Below are positions 1-14,934 of a DNA stretch of 64,000 bases, in pieces; the stretch's first letter is position 1, and the number at the start of each line of letters is the position of its first letter. The notes below the pieces were generated by a model, which was not told the DNA's origin, did not search any database, and saw only the letters and a program-made list of their open reading frames with translations. The stretch lies in NCBI GenBank assembly GCA_951406725.2, contig OX597824.1, forward strand, positions 1,860,001-1,924,000, in the 5' to 3' direction. This stretch comes from Octopus vulgaris. Lineage: Eukaryota. The position numbers were made by a program, and so were the translations under genes.

Positions 1-613
1 ACACACACACATACAGTCGTACGTAGAATATTGCTAGCATTTGGAATGGTCTCAAAATGCGTGAGTGAATCCGATCACGTTGGCCGAAGCTGATGTTGGG
101 GTTTGTGTGTATCGATGTATTTTCGTTTTAGCAAACACCTTAGTGAGAAAGGGTGTGTGCGCATCTTGTATAAAAGAGATCCACTCTTCGCGAGTGGACG
201 TTGCAGGAAAACACGTTCCGTTGCCCAATACGAAAATATATTCCAGTATTCGTGTAAAATTAGAAGCAAGAAATCAACAGGTGGCATGGCACTTGCGTGA
301 AGCAATCTCGGCATGAATGCCATATGATCAATAATAGAAGCAACAGCCTTCAGCCCCTCTCTGTCCCTCTACAAAGGTCCGCACCCTCACACACAAACAC
401 AAACACACGCGCGCGAGCGCAGAGCACACATGCATAGATGCACATCCGCACTTACACACACACAGCACATACGTTTATATGCGTTTATTTAAATATGAGA
501 CCTGACAAAGGTTGTATATGTGTTTTTGTGGGTGTGGGTGTCTGTATGAGCGTGTGCCTGTGTGCGTGAATATATACACATATATGCATGCAAGCATACA
601 TACAGACACACAG

Positions 614-814
<201 letters not shown>

Positions 815-1019
815 CGTGCATCTACTGTCTATACTTTGTTCAGATATTTATTATTGCTTATATACATACATTTATAAATATATATCCATACACACATTTA
901 TAAATATATATCCATACACACAAACACACACAAACACACATAAACACACACACACACACACGCACACACATATATATATGCATTTATTATACTTATATGT
1001 ATATATATGCATAGATCGT

Positions 1020-1188
1020 TACCCACTACACACATTTTTTTCTCTCCTTGTTTTTTCTGTGTCCCTTTCTGTAGAAGAGCGTAGGCTCGAAACGTTAAAG
1101 ACTTTTTCTATTCCTGAGCGTTATACTAATACATCTGTTTGTTTTGTACACCACATGTCTTTGTCTTTTGTTTTTTTTTGTAAAATCT

Positions 1189-1191
<3 letters not shown>
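1020..1191 (+). mobile_element. short non-autonomous repeat with hammerhead-like motif (Penelope-associated)
   Basis: A second copy lies in reverse orientation at ~15310-15475; both sit next to TA tracts. Confidence 0.7.
1065..1100 (+). ncRNA. minimal type I hammerhead-like motif, A6U variant
   Basis: cttt-CTGTAGA-a-gagc(gtag)gctc-GAAA-cg-TT-aaag: stem I cttt/aaag, stem II gagc/gctc, ACGT palindrome as stem III. Confidence 0.55.
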
Positions 1192-1245
<54 letters not shown>

Positions 1246-1720
1246 AAATGCACATACACGGAGGTACATAGTAATTCCTTTTCAATAATGAATTTATATA
1301 AGTAGCATATGATCATGTAAACACATACATTTAAATGCATACATATGCGCGCACCTGTGTGTGTGTGTGTGTGTGAGTGTGTGAGTGTGTATCTATATGT
1401 ACGATTATAGACACAGCAACGAACTCCTTCATATGCGACAATGAACGCACAGGTACAGATACATCTGTTTGCATTCCGCTTCCTATATATTTTCTCGCGT
1501 GTATATGTGTGTGTGACATTGATTGCGAGTGTGTTTGTGTGCGCGTGTGTATGATTTAAAAGTATCTCATGGGATGCCATTGAGAGTACTTTCTATGCGT
1601 ATAGCATGCTGTGTGATGACTAGGATTGCCCGACATTCAGAAAGAGTAGAATGGCAATCAGTTATGCATGCAAATACATGGCAAGGATACACACACGCAA
1701 TCTGTCGTGTCTATCTATCC

Positions 1721-2165
<445 letters not shown>

Positions 2166-2413
2166 TTATATGTATATACGTATATAAAATTTATTATAAA
2201 TAGTTATACGATAGCATAAAGGAAAACCTCTGTCGGTAGTAAGTGTGACTAAACGTACCGCCATAACTACATTGCTAGAAATAAGAGTTAAGACACTCTT
2301 AACGTTGTAAGAAGAGCGCAGATACAAACGCATAAGCTGACACGAGAGGGAACCACCCCATGCCAACACCAAAATCTTCACACTAGATGCCTGGTTTCAC
2401 ATATTCTAAGGAC

Positions 2414-2470
<57 letters not shown>

Positions 2471-2528
2471 ATGTGTGTGTGTATGTGTGTGTGTATGTGT
2501 GTGTGAGTGTGTGTGTGTGTGTGCGTGC

Positions 2529-2596
<68 letters not shown>

Positions 2597-2794
2597 AATG
2601 ATAAAATGGGATGTCAGTGTTATTTTAACTTTTGCGTAATTTAGACGACAACATATTTACCACAAAATACATATTGCCATATTTAGGAAAGGTCATCTTT
2701 TGCCAATGAAACGCACCCACTATTTATTTGATCTTCTTCTTCTTCTTCTTCTTCTTCTTCTTCTTCTTCTTGATGTTGTTATTGTTATTAATAA

Positions 2795-3010
2795 GGCGTC
2801 GAGCTGGCACAACCGCTAGCACGCCGGGCGAAATGCTTCTCGATATTTCGTCTGTCGTTATGTTTTGAGTTCGAATTCCGCGCAGATCAACTTTGCCTTT
2901 CATCCATTCGTGGGTCGATAAATTAAGTACCAGTAGAGTACTGGGGTCGATGTAATCGACTATCCCCCTCCCCCAGATTTCAGGCCTTGTGCCTATAGTA
3001 GAAAGGATTA
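2795..3010 (+). mobile_element. tRNA-derived SINE, family A
   Basis: ggcg..gagctggca head, B-box gagttcgaattcc, central ctttgcctttcatcc..gtcgataaa..agtaccag; many copies in the window. Confidence 0.9.
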
Positions 3011-3035
3011 TTATTATTATTATTATTTATAATAC

Positions 3036-3230
3036 AGTGAGCTGGCAGAACCGTTAACACGCCGGGCAAAATGCTGTGCAGTATTTCGTCTGTCGTTACG
3101 CTCTGAGTTCAAATGTCGCCGAAGTCAATTTGTTCTTTATTTTTTTCGGAGGCAATAAATCAATTACCAGTTGTGTTCTAGGGTCGATCTAAACGACTGG
3201 CCGCCTCCCACAAAATTCCATCTCTTGTAA
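3036..3230 (+). mobile_element. tRNA-derived SINE, family A (tandem second copy)
   Basis: Same head and core as 2795-3010, more diverged. Confidence 0.85.
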
Positions 3231-3284
3231 GGTTAATTAGTATTATTATTTATAATAATAATTATAGTTGTTTATTTATTATTT

Positions 3285-3487
3285 TTCTTTCTTATTGATC
3301 CTGTTGTCTCCGGGGCATGCTATGTCTATTATTATGCATGTTCTTCCTCTATTATTCACTGCAACAATTCTCGGTTTCCGATGTCTGGTCAGGTTATCAC
3401 ACTGGATCGTTGCATCCCACAGGATTTTGCAATTCTCATTCTCGGTGACTCCATCTGGACTTTACTCATTCCACGTCGTTGCCCTGT
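3285..3487 (-). pseudogene. R4/Dong-like LINE, restriction-like endonuclease fragment
   Basis: Minus strand reads PDGVTENENCKILWDATIQCDNLTRHRKPRIVAVNNRGRTCIIIDIACPGDNRI, matching the KILWD..RPDI..IIDIAxP RLE pattern; has a stop codon; lies among (AAT)n tracts. Confidence 0.75.
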
Positions 3488-3623
3488 GATTTCTTGGAGC
3501 TGTAACAATTCTTCGCAGAGTTCTTGATGCATGACCAGTAAACAAGTGTCACCTTAGTCTGCTAGATGTGGACAGGTGACACTTCCTATCATACCCAACG
3601 AATTAATCTGAGAATCTTCATTA

Positions 3624-3655
<32 letters not shown>

Positions 3656-3670
3656 TAATAATAATAATTA

Positions 3671-4010
3671 GCCGTGGGGGAGCATCATAGCCATGTGTTG
3701 AGAGGGATTCTTTGGAGTTTGAATAATTCACCTCTGGAAACATAGGTGTTTCGTTCAACATCCTAAAGCAACCCTTATTCAGGGACCTTTTGAGCAGGAT
3801 GGGCTACTCGACCTGAAGAAAATTCTAACTGGGCCCCACCTGCAAGGTCATGTGCTGTTTATCTTGATATGAGATCACCATGTCGCGCACATATGGTTGT
3901 GATGCATGTGCCTGGTGTACCCTTATCAGACGGGTAGTCATGATGGGTATGCTGGGCTTCGTATATTTTACCCCAGTGTCACTTTGATGGCATGCACTGC
4001 TCTCTCACTC

Positions 4011-4062
<52 letters not shown>

Positions 4063-4259
4063 TAAATGTCCTGATGCAGTACCAGGCAGTGGCTTTCATG
4101 TGATATGTACATTGTTTGGTTTTGGTATAAAAGATGGGCTACAGCAAATATTCTGCTCAATTCCAGATTTGCTTGTCAGTTGTTTGACCTTAAACAGTTG
4201 AGCATGTCCCTTAGTGGCTGACGATATGTATGTGTATCTCTGATTACGAGCAGAAGTAC
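3671..4259. mobile_element. unclassified interspersed repeat in (AAT)n tracts (two blocks)
   Basis: GC-richer blocks 3671-4012 and 4064-4259 separated and preceded by (AAT)n; no coding motif recognised. Confidence 0.5.
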
Positions 4260-4310
4260 TACATGTGTGTGTAAATACATACATATTACAACAACAACAA
4301 CAACTACTAA

Positions 4311-4368
<58 letters not shown>

Positions 4369-4946
4369 TATCCACAAAATAATTCAATAGTATGTCCTGA
4401 AATTTGGCTGCTGCTATATTAAGAACATGAAGAATCTGATTTCCAAAACCAACAGAAGAAATTTTAGTAAGAACCGCCTTCCGTTATTTCACCAACTCCA
4501 TGGACAATGGAGTGACCACTTCGCATGTTGATCGCTTCCTAATGCTTCAAGAAGGCGTTGATCTACTTTGCTAGCGTGACATTAGTAGATTACAGCGAAC
4601 GAACTTACTTTCATATTAAAGATTGAAGTTGCAAATATATGTATTCGACCGGGCAGGTGAAAAAGGACCATTGGCTAACATTACAGGATGCTGGGAATAT
4701 AAAAGCTGATGTACCACAAACTTTCGATCTTATCCTCAAATCTTAGCGAGCAATTCTCAAGATTATCTGGACTGCGTTGTTTACTTTCCACTTAAACTCA
4801 CTGGTGTTCCTTCCCATTTAGTTGTGTTCTAGAAATGAGCTCATTTCACAAAGCCTTCAACTGAAACAATTTATTCAGTGGACGCCTGGCTTAAATCAAT
4901 TGTAAGCTTGAACTGCCATGAAATTATTCAAACTTTTACAGAACAT

Positions 4947-5459
4947 AACATGGCAGTCCTGGTTTAGGACGAATGTTGCTGTAATTTAGCCCCAGGAGAC
5001 ATCATCTCCAGCTGGCTATACGACACGATCTGTGTCCTTATATTTTCGAACAATCTTTACTACAAATTATTGTTGCTGAATATCTCTCATTGTGATATTA
5101 AAAAAAAAACATATAGTAATTTTCTAATTTATAGATCAGTGACTAGTTATCACTTTGAAAACTATATATTTGGAACGAGGATTTGGCCGAATAATTATTC
5201 TGTGCTGATGAAGGGAAATAACCTGGAAATCGCAATACACAGAAATTATTTTGAGCTGAGTGGGGATGCTAGATTCCCTTGTTCTAAAATATAAGGGCAC
5301 AGATCGTGTCATATAGCCAGCTGGAGACGATGTCTCCTGGGGCTAAATTACAGCAACATTCGTTCAAAACCAGGACTGCCATGTTATGTTGGCAAACAAT
5401 CTTTACTCCAAAGTACTGTTGCTGAATATCTCTCGTTGTTAGATTAAAGAAAAAAGTAA
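4947..5459 (+). mobile_element. non-autonomous Penelope-type insertion with HHR, inverted 5' segment and TSD
   Basis: 13-bp TSD ttttacagaacat (4934-4946, 5460-5472); 112-bp inverted repeat 4942-5053/5279-5390; direct repeat ~5049-5123/5395-5463. Confidence 0.8.
5198..5244 (+). ncRNA. type I hammerhead ribozyme motif
   Basis: ttctgtg-CTGATGA-a-ggg(aaataa)cct-g-GAAA-t(cgca)a-TA-cacagaa; perfect 7-bp stem I, extendable. Confidence 0.7.
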
Positions 5460-5978
5460 TTTTACAGAACATCGTTAAATTTTGCCACTATTTCTAGTTC
5501 GTTTTCATAATCAGCATTTGGATCTTTGACTCTTGGACTGAAGAGTAACAGTAAGCTGAGAATGGTTTTCTCATTGTTAGAGAAAGAATTCCGACTTTTA
5601 TTTTAATTGCTGATCAGTTTTTTTGCTTCGCAATATTTCTCCCCAACTTTTCATCATTTCTTTTTTGCCCTTTCTGCTTTAACTTCCTTATATCACAATT
5701 TCTTACTGTCCCTCACTTTCTCTCTCTCTCCCTCTCTTCCTTCCTTTTCCGGCAATATTCCAGTAATTACTCTAATTACTTCTGAATTCCTGCCTCATAA
5801 ATTTACGCTTTCTACATCACGAAATCCTAACCAATTGCATCAGAAAGTTAGTTCTATGAGCAGTTTATTATTATTGTTTTTTTTTTGCTAGTTTCTATTT
5901 CTTTCTTTCATTTTTCCTTTGTCCTCCTTTCTCGCGTCCTTCTCTTTTTCTCACTTTCTTTCCTTCTCTTCTTTCCTT

Positions 5979-6010
<32 letters not shown>

Positions 6011-6576
6011 TGTCTCCATCTTCTCTCTCCTCGCTACATTTCCTTTATTCTTTTCTTTAGACCATTCCTTATATTCTCGTCTGTCTCCTCTTCGATCTTT
6101 TCTCCTTTCAAAGCTGGTTCCTCCAGCGTTAGCCGCCTTACCTCGTATCTCTTTGCAGCCCTCACTGTTTGTTTTCACTGTTTTGCTTCTCCTTGTCTTG
6201 TTTTTGTTATCAACATTGACCCTTCGCAGATCCCAAATTTTATTTTGCTTCGCGGAAGCAACTGTTTTACCGAAGGTGCATCTTGTCGTGAATTGCTCGA
6301 AATGCGAAGTAGATAAAACAACCGACAACTGGCGAAGGGTCGTTCTTTATGCTACTTGTCTTGTTTTTCATTTGTTTCTTTCGTTGTCCGCATACAAACG
6401 TTCGTCTTCGTATTCCATGTTTTCCTATTTCCTTTTGTTTACTTTTTGTGACGTCCTGTACCATATATGCATATATATATTTAAGTAGTTGAATGAATTA
6501 TCTTAGTATGGATAATTCGCTATGGACTCCGTGTGGGCAGCCATCTAAGAGTTTTTGTTCATCTTGATGCTGACAT

Positions 6577-6681
6577 AAGTTCCTTGTCTTTCCTGATGAG
6601 AAGGCGGCATAATGCACCCCTTATTCCTTCGAAATTAGGAATATGCAGCCTTCGAAACATATGTCGAGAATAAAGGAATTT
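6577..6681 (+). ncRNA. type I hammerhead ribozyme, canonical core, long stem II
   Basis: CTGATGA 6593-6599; stem II gaaggc/gccttc; GAAA 6654-6657; palindromic ACATATGT stem III; GUC site ending at 6665; stem I tccttgtctttc/gagaataaagga with an internal loop. Confidence 0.85.
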
Positions 6682-6724
6682 TGTTAAATTGTCGTTCAAC
6701 TCCATTCTTTCATATATATATAAA

Positions 6725-7056
6725 GGGGTAAAGACCCCCTTCGGTCATGAATGACCATGGGATTGCACCTAGAAAGTTACCCTCCTAGACACAAGTCCGG
6801 GCAAGGTTGTTTTTATAGAAGACCAGCAGTCGCCCAAGCATACCAGCCTCCCCTCTCCACGCCACCAGTGTTATCCAAGGGAAAGACAAAGGTCGATACA
6901 GCTTGGCACCAGTGACATCGCAACTCATTTCTACAGCTGAGTGAACTGGAGCAACGTGAAATAAAGTGCTTTGCTCAAGAACACAACACACAGCCCGGTC
7001 CGGGATTCGAGCTCACAACCTCACGATTGTAAGCTCGACGCTCTAACCACTGAGCC

Positions 7057-7057
<1 letters not shown>
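6725..7057 (-). mobile_element. tRNA-derived SINE, family C
   Basis: Reverse complement of 59677-60008; A-box tggctcagtggttagagc and B-box gagctcgaatccc. Confidence 0.9.
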
Positions 7058-7087
<30 letters not shown>

Positions 7088-8177
7088 TACATATATATAT
7101 ATAATACATACATATATACATATATATACACACATGCATATGTAAGTAAGTAATATATGTATATCTCTATATATTTATATATTACATATACGTTATATAT
7201 ATATATATATATACGTGATATATATATATTAACATGCGAATATACACACAACTATAAGTACATACATATGTGTGCGTGCGTGTCTGTGTATGTATGGGAT
7301 TGGCGTATGCATAGTTATATGTCAGTAAGTATAAGTGTTTATCCACATATCCATGACTGACTTATGTAACGTTCCCTCCAGATGCTGTGGTTGTCTTCTT
7401 TCGCGTTTTCCTTTTCACATTTTTTTGCAACTCCACCTCTTTTCAAGATCTCCATTCTATTGTTTTCTAAACTGTACAGAAACTATTTTTCGCGCACAAA
7501 ACCCTGATTAAAATCCAGCTGTAAAATTACTCTATGATCAATATTATCAATCAACAGAATATTGATTAAATATGTGGTGTTTTTTTTTATTGAAAACTGA
7601 AAAGATTCAAGCTGAAGCATGTACATACACGTAATCAATTAGAATGATGGAAAGTAATTTTTTACTCTTAGTTTTACACACACGCACAAACAGACACACA
7701 TATATATAGATATATCAATATGTATGATAAAAAAAACATATAGATATCCATAGATATGTGTATGTGTATGTGTGTGCGAGTGTATGTGTGCGTGCGTGTA
7801 TACGTGTATAATATCTACTCCCTTATCTATCTTTATGGAAAAAATTATAGACAGACTGGAGATGAGTTTTATATCGCTGATGTTAAGGATTTTGACATGC
7901 AATAAAGAATGACGCATTCGAGCTTACACTTTGGCATCTGGTATCAATCATTTGTAAACGACCTGCGAGTCGACGTCAATGTTTTCAGTGTAATAAATAA
8001 ATGGAAAATGAGTTGTGTTGGAGAGCAACAAAATGATTTTACCTGTAATTCATCAAAGTGATTTCACCTGTAATGATACTGTTTCAGGCGAAGTTAACTG
8101 TCCGAAATACGTCAGTGGACATCTCATCCGGTATAATAATCTCGCAAGCTAAATACACGCACACACACGCACATACG

Positions 8178-8606
<429 letters not shown>

Positions 8607-9384
8607 TTCCTGGTCATCCTGTAAAAGTGACCTTCCTGGCCTAAGAATTCGTACCACGTTTCTCTCGAACGGGATTCAAATAAAAGCATGACTTCCCCAC
8701 GCATAAACATTTGGTTGATAATTTACACTCTCGAAAATGTACAAAACACTCGTATATTTTTCCATCTACAATAACTTAACAAAGATTTTATCCATCGGCG
8801 GACGCCATGCAGGGAGATCAAAGCTGTGACGAAAAGGAAAACTTTTAAACACACGACTATACCCCCTAACGCATCCATGATTTAACGTTTTAACTACGCA
8901 TCTATACCTGGTTCTTCAGACATCAGACATTATGATATTGACCGTTGAGTATTCGTAAACATTTCCATATATCTGTAATACGTTATGATATCGAACTCAG
9001 GAACAATAACTAAATTTCACAATAAGGACGTTTTCTGAAGGCATCTGAAATTCAAAGAACTGAAAATTTAACATTTTTTTAAAACATGAAAAGAATTCAA
9101 AGATCTGCTTGATAATCGAAGAAATGTGATTAAGAAATTCTCTTTAAAGATCAAGTCTGAAATAACAATTTCTTTTGACAAGATGGAGTCAGATTACTTT
9201 CTAGACGCTCATTTAATCAATACTGTCAAAGCCACCATATTAGCATTTATTTCATTGCACAGTAATAGACCGATATAATCTACTGAGGATGATCCTAAAT
9301 GTAGAAGAAAGAAACAAGACAGGAAACTAAGAGCTGAACAAGGGATCTAAAATGAAGGTGACGGATGAATACACACACACACAA

Positions 9385-10608
9385 ACGGAGGTAAAGTGTG
9401 AAGGCACTGGGGATGCTTGGCAGGCATTGACCTTGGGCTCTGTCGCGCATGCTCACTCAGTTATAACGTTTCAGCTCACTTCCATTGTTTAGATCAGTGT
9501 TTGGAAGTAAAATGTGCAGAGTGTGGTCATCTCGCCATACCGCAGGGGTTTCATCAGTGATCATGGCAGAGAAAATTGAACAGAGAATCTGCATCACATT
9601 TTGCCCGAACTTGCTGATACATGCGCATAGAACTATGCAGAGTTGCAGAAAGTATATGGAGGAGAATGTATGAACCAGACACGAGTGTACGAGGGATTCA
9701 AACATTTCCAAGATGGCCGACAAAATGTCGTCGACAGTTACGCACGTTCTAGCAGAGTCGCAGCCAGTAGAACTGATGAAAACATCGCAGATTTGCGTGC
9801 AGCTGTTTCGAAAGACCACCGGTAGATGCAAACATCAGTTACGGTTCAGTCCAGTCTATTCTCATTGGAGATTAAATTTTGGGACGTATTTCTACCAAGT
9901 TTGTGTCAGAAATGCTTTCAGTTGACCAAAAGGATCGAATCTCATCTGTACAAGGTTTCCTTGATTGTGTCGAGGAAAACGAAAATTTTACGAAAATAGT
10001 CGTTACAAGTGATGAATACAAAGAGTGGAAGATCCCAAACTCTCCAACACTGAAAAATGATTCGAAGAAATGTGAAGTCACTGTTGATACTTTTTCTGCG
10101 GTAACAAGGGCATCGTTCAGCATGAGTATGCGCCACCTAATTGGACAGCAAATAAGGTGTACTGCCGTGATGTGTTGCGGCATTTGCGAAATGCCGTTCG
10201 TAGTAAAAGAACAGAACTGCATGTGGCCGGTGAGTGGAAACTCCATCTTGGCAACGCATCTTCCCATTCAGCGTCGATTGTACCGAAGATTTTGGTGAAG
10301 TACGACATTCTCCACGTCCGACAACCACAATATGCCTCCACATCTCGCTCCTGGCTGCTACCTTTTCTTCTTTCGAGAAATCAAATCCAACTTAAAAACA
10401 AACAAGATATTAAAACGTCGATGAAAACCAGCAGAATGCCAAGAGCCATCTGCTCGCTCTACGAGAAAAGAAGTTTTAGGAAAATCGAAACGATGCCGGA
10501 TTAAGTGTGTAAGAGGACTACTAAAAAAGATTTTAAATTCCGAATTGATACACGAGAGGTTTTGTTCTTATTGGCACAAGACCCGAAACATTTTGATCTC
10601 ACCTCGTC
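9385..10608 (+). mobile_element. decayed mariner transposon (transposase pseudogene ~9563-10540)
   Basis: Frameshifted motifs MAEKIEQRICITFC, YGGECMNQTRVYEGFKHFQDGR, ISTKFV..IVVTSDE, VLRHLRNAVRSKR..LHLGNASSH; 3' TIR-like ttttgatctcacctcgt; 5' end approximate. Confidence 0.9.
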
Positions 10609-10712
10609 AGATCTTATGGAATATTTAGTGTTGAATATTCTCAAGGAACAAAATGTTTCGCTATTCTACATCAAATGGCATAACACAAAGGATGTTATGT
10701 GTTAAGCCACAG

Positions 10713-10803
<91 letters not shown>

Positions 10804-11261
10804 CCTTTATAGAAATATTTTGAAAAACTTATTCAGTCTACAATACTCCAGGATTAGAAGTTGCTATGCTTCCTTTAAGCAAAGAGCTGTATAACAGCTA
10901 GACGTACCAGGACCGAGTAAGTGTAATTTTAGTTCACTCAGTGCTTTTTAAGGACAATTTTGGATATCCATAAACTATTATGTATCCCACCCCCCACCAG
11001 TTTAAAACCTTCTATAAAGGTTGTGTGTATGTGTGTACGTGTGTGTGTGTGTCTGTGTGTGTGTGTGTGTGTGTGAGTGTGTGCCGTAGCTTAACCTACA
11101 ACATCTGCTGATTAGAGTTGACCTAAACAACAAGAAGAACAAATTTCCCTGAGAAAGGAGATTGTTAGTTTATCACAATTAGCAAAAATGCTAGTGCTCC
11201 AATGGCCCCAGTCTTTGGGTTGTAACTAGTAAGGGTGTAACCGAGTAAACCAAATTTTATT

Positions 11262-11506
11262 CCATTTTATTTTCGTATACCAAAGGCGTAAGCGATAGTT
11301 AGTGAGCATGGCCAGCTATTTTCCTTTCCCGCAGCTCCGTTTTAACCTTACCTTTCTGTACGGATTCTTTAGAAGAAGAGTAAGAACATCTCCACTTTAG
11401 ATTTCTTTGTTCTTACTTTCCTGTGAAACCAGCGGAGTGAATTCATTCGAATATCGTAATGCGAGTTCTCGTTATGTGATTTTGATTAAATGTGACACGA
11501 GTGCAC
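11262..11506. repeat. unclassified dispersed repeat, copy 1
   Basis: Colinear diverged match to ~13588-13820 (ccagctatt, gctccgtt, gtacggattc, gaattcattcgaat). Confidence 0.75.
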
Positions 11507-11735
11507 TTCATCTCACATTTGGTCGCAATGTAATGATATAGAACGGGAAATAATAATTTACGAATTGCTGAATCAATGCATTAATATTAAATGGTAAAAG
11601 GAAATTATCACTTTACAAGACACGAAAAAAGTAAATAAATGGAAAAGAAAGGAAAACAGACGGGCGACATGTTGGCGGTGAGAAACGGTGTTGAAAGATA
11701 AATGACAATGAACATAATGTTAGACAGTAAACTAT

Positions 11736-12848
<1,113 letters not shown>

Positions 12849-13587
12849 AATTCTGTTCTGTGTACGAATCATTTTACAAGACAGTAAAAACCGTAAAACC
12901 TAATCGTATGTTCATATTATTACGGTTTTGTACAACATAACTTGCACTGTTTTTTTTCTTCTGAACCTTTGCGTTCAGAGTTAACATTCGAGGTCGATAA
13001 AATAAAGGACCAGTCGAGTACTTATACACATTTAATCAATTAATCGTTTCCCAAATTTTAAAGCTTTAGAGTGGTGCTGAGGTCGAAAGAAGCCCATGTT
13101 GCAAACGGGATCGATGTAATCGACCAGCACCCCCCCCACACACACACACAACTCTTTAGGCATTGCACCTACAAGAGAAAAGATTATTTATTTTATTCAT
13201 TTTACTTTTTTCCTTCAATAGGATGTATTCATGCTATGCCGGGACACTGCCTTCAAGGATTCACAGACAGCCTGCAGTATCATCGCATACTTCCAATTCT
13301 AGGCTGAGGCATTGCTCGTTTGTGAAACAGTTGGATGTCATACCATCGAAGTCAAACAGTTACTTACACAGATAACGATTTTGTATCACTTAAGGAGATA
13401 TAGCAAGGTCCTGTTATACAGGTAAGCCGTTACTTAATTTAAATTTGAACCTTTTATATATAACGATCTTTGTTCTATCGAAACATGTATTGTGGTATAA
13501 ATATGTGTAGAGTCGAATCGTACTGACCCTTTCTTTTGATTCTGTTTAGTCTTTCCTTTAGCGCTGAAATTAGTTAGAGAGTAACAG

Positions 13588-13820
13588 AGTAAACCTAACT
13601 TTATTTCGTTTTCGTCCGTCAAAAGCGGTGTAAGGAATGGTAAGTAAACATGACCAGCTATTCCTCGTTTCCCGCTGCTCCGTTAGAATTCTGTCTTTCG
13701 GTACGGATTCCCCAGAAGGAAAACGAGAATATCTCTCCTCCGCTTTTCTCACTTTCGTTTGAAACCAACTGAGGGAATTCATTCGAATGTCCTAATGCAT
13801 GTGTTTGTTATATGATTTGT
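13588..13820. repeat. unclassified dispersed repeat, copy 2
   Basis: Homologous to 11262-11506, same orientation. Confidence 0.75.
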
Positions 13821-14737
13821 TTTATTACCTGTGTGTGTATAATATACACCCGCTTACACACATACATTAAATCTTCGAGATCTTAACAATTTTCGCCTGC
13901 CAAATGCCTTGAGTTGAATATATATATAGTAGAATATATTTGCCGAAGGTGTCGTCTAATGGAATCGAATCTGGAAGTAAGTGTTTGTAAGGCGAAGTTC
14001 TCAGCAAAACAGATTGCGTGCATCCGTTTTACGCATCATATCTTAGGTGGGAAAAGACGTATCCTTTAACGGTTTAATTCCGGCTTGTATACTCCAGCTG
14101 TTTAATACTACTCCACAGCATTCGCATCTCATTTGAAACCTCAGGCACTTTGTCTTGCTTTCTCAACGGTTACATACTTCTGGCTATACTTTGGTTTTAT
14201 ATTTTCGCCATAACATTTATTTAATATTCTAAAGCAGCGTTCAACGTTAGGTTTATATCATCTAAATAATAATGAGGATTATTCAAATTTGCCGAATATT
14301 TAAATTCGACGTACTCGCCACTTTAGTTATGTTAATATCTACGTTACATTTAATTGCATGCTTCAGCATCGCAACAAAACAATTTATTCCCACATAACTT
14401 CATAACAATATAAGATTAAAAATCAACAACCTCAACAGGCCAAAATCTGCCGCGTTATAGGAAACTAGAAGAGAAAAAAAAAAAAGAAGTTCAATCCTTG
14501 ATCTGAAGATTTCATAAATCTCGTGTTTTGTGATAGAAAATGGACAACAGGATGCGCTACACTTACTATGAATTGTCAGAAACATGGTGACTCTGCTATG
14601 AATAAACAATGTATGTATTAGAATATTCATGTAACCATGTGCATTGGGTAAATATTATTGGCCCCTTTTTCAACTGTCCATGTCTAAAGCAGTTAAATAC
14701 TCTCAATCATACACATGCCGTATGCATCTGTGTATGT

Positions 14738-14798
<61 letters not shown>

Positions 14799-14934
14799 TA
14801 TGTATGTATGTATATACGCACATACCATACACACAAATTTAATCACGCAGGCAATCACACGCACACGCATATATATATATATATGTATATATATACATAT
14901 ATATGTATTTATATGTATATATATATATATAATT

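Noticed and set aside
65-323. Short ORFs with faint piggyBac-like words (VDVA, YSCKIRSKK)
   Set aside because: Motifs are in different frames and not in a convincing order; too weak to call.
5885-6488. 143-189 aa hydrophobic ORFs resembling membrane proteins
   Set aside because: Derived from CT-rich low-complexity sequence; no domain or convincing splice signals.
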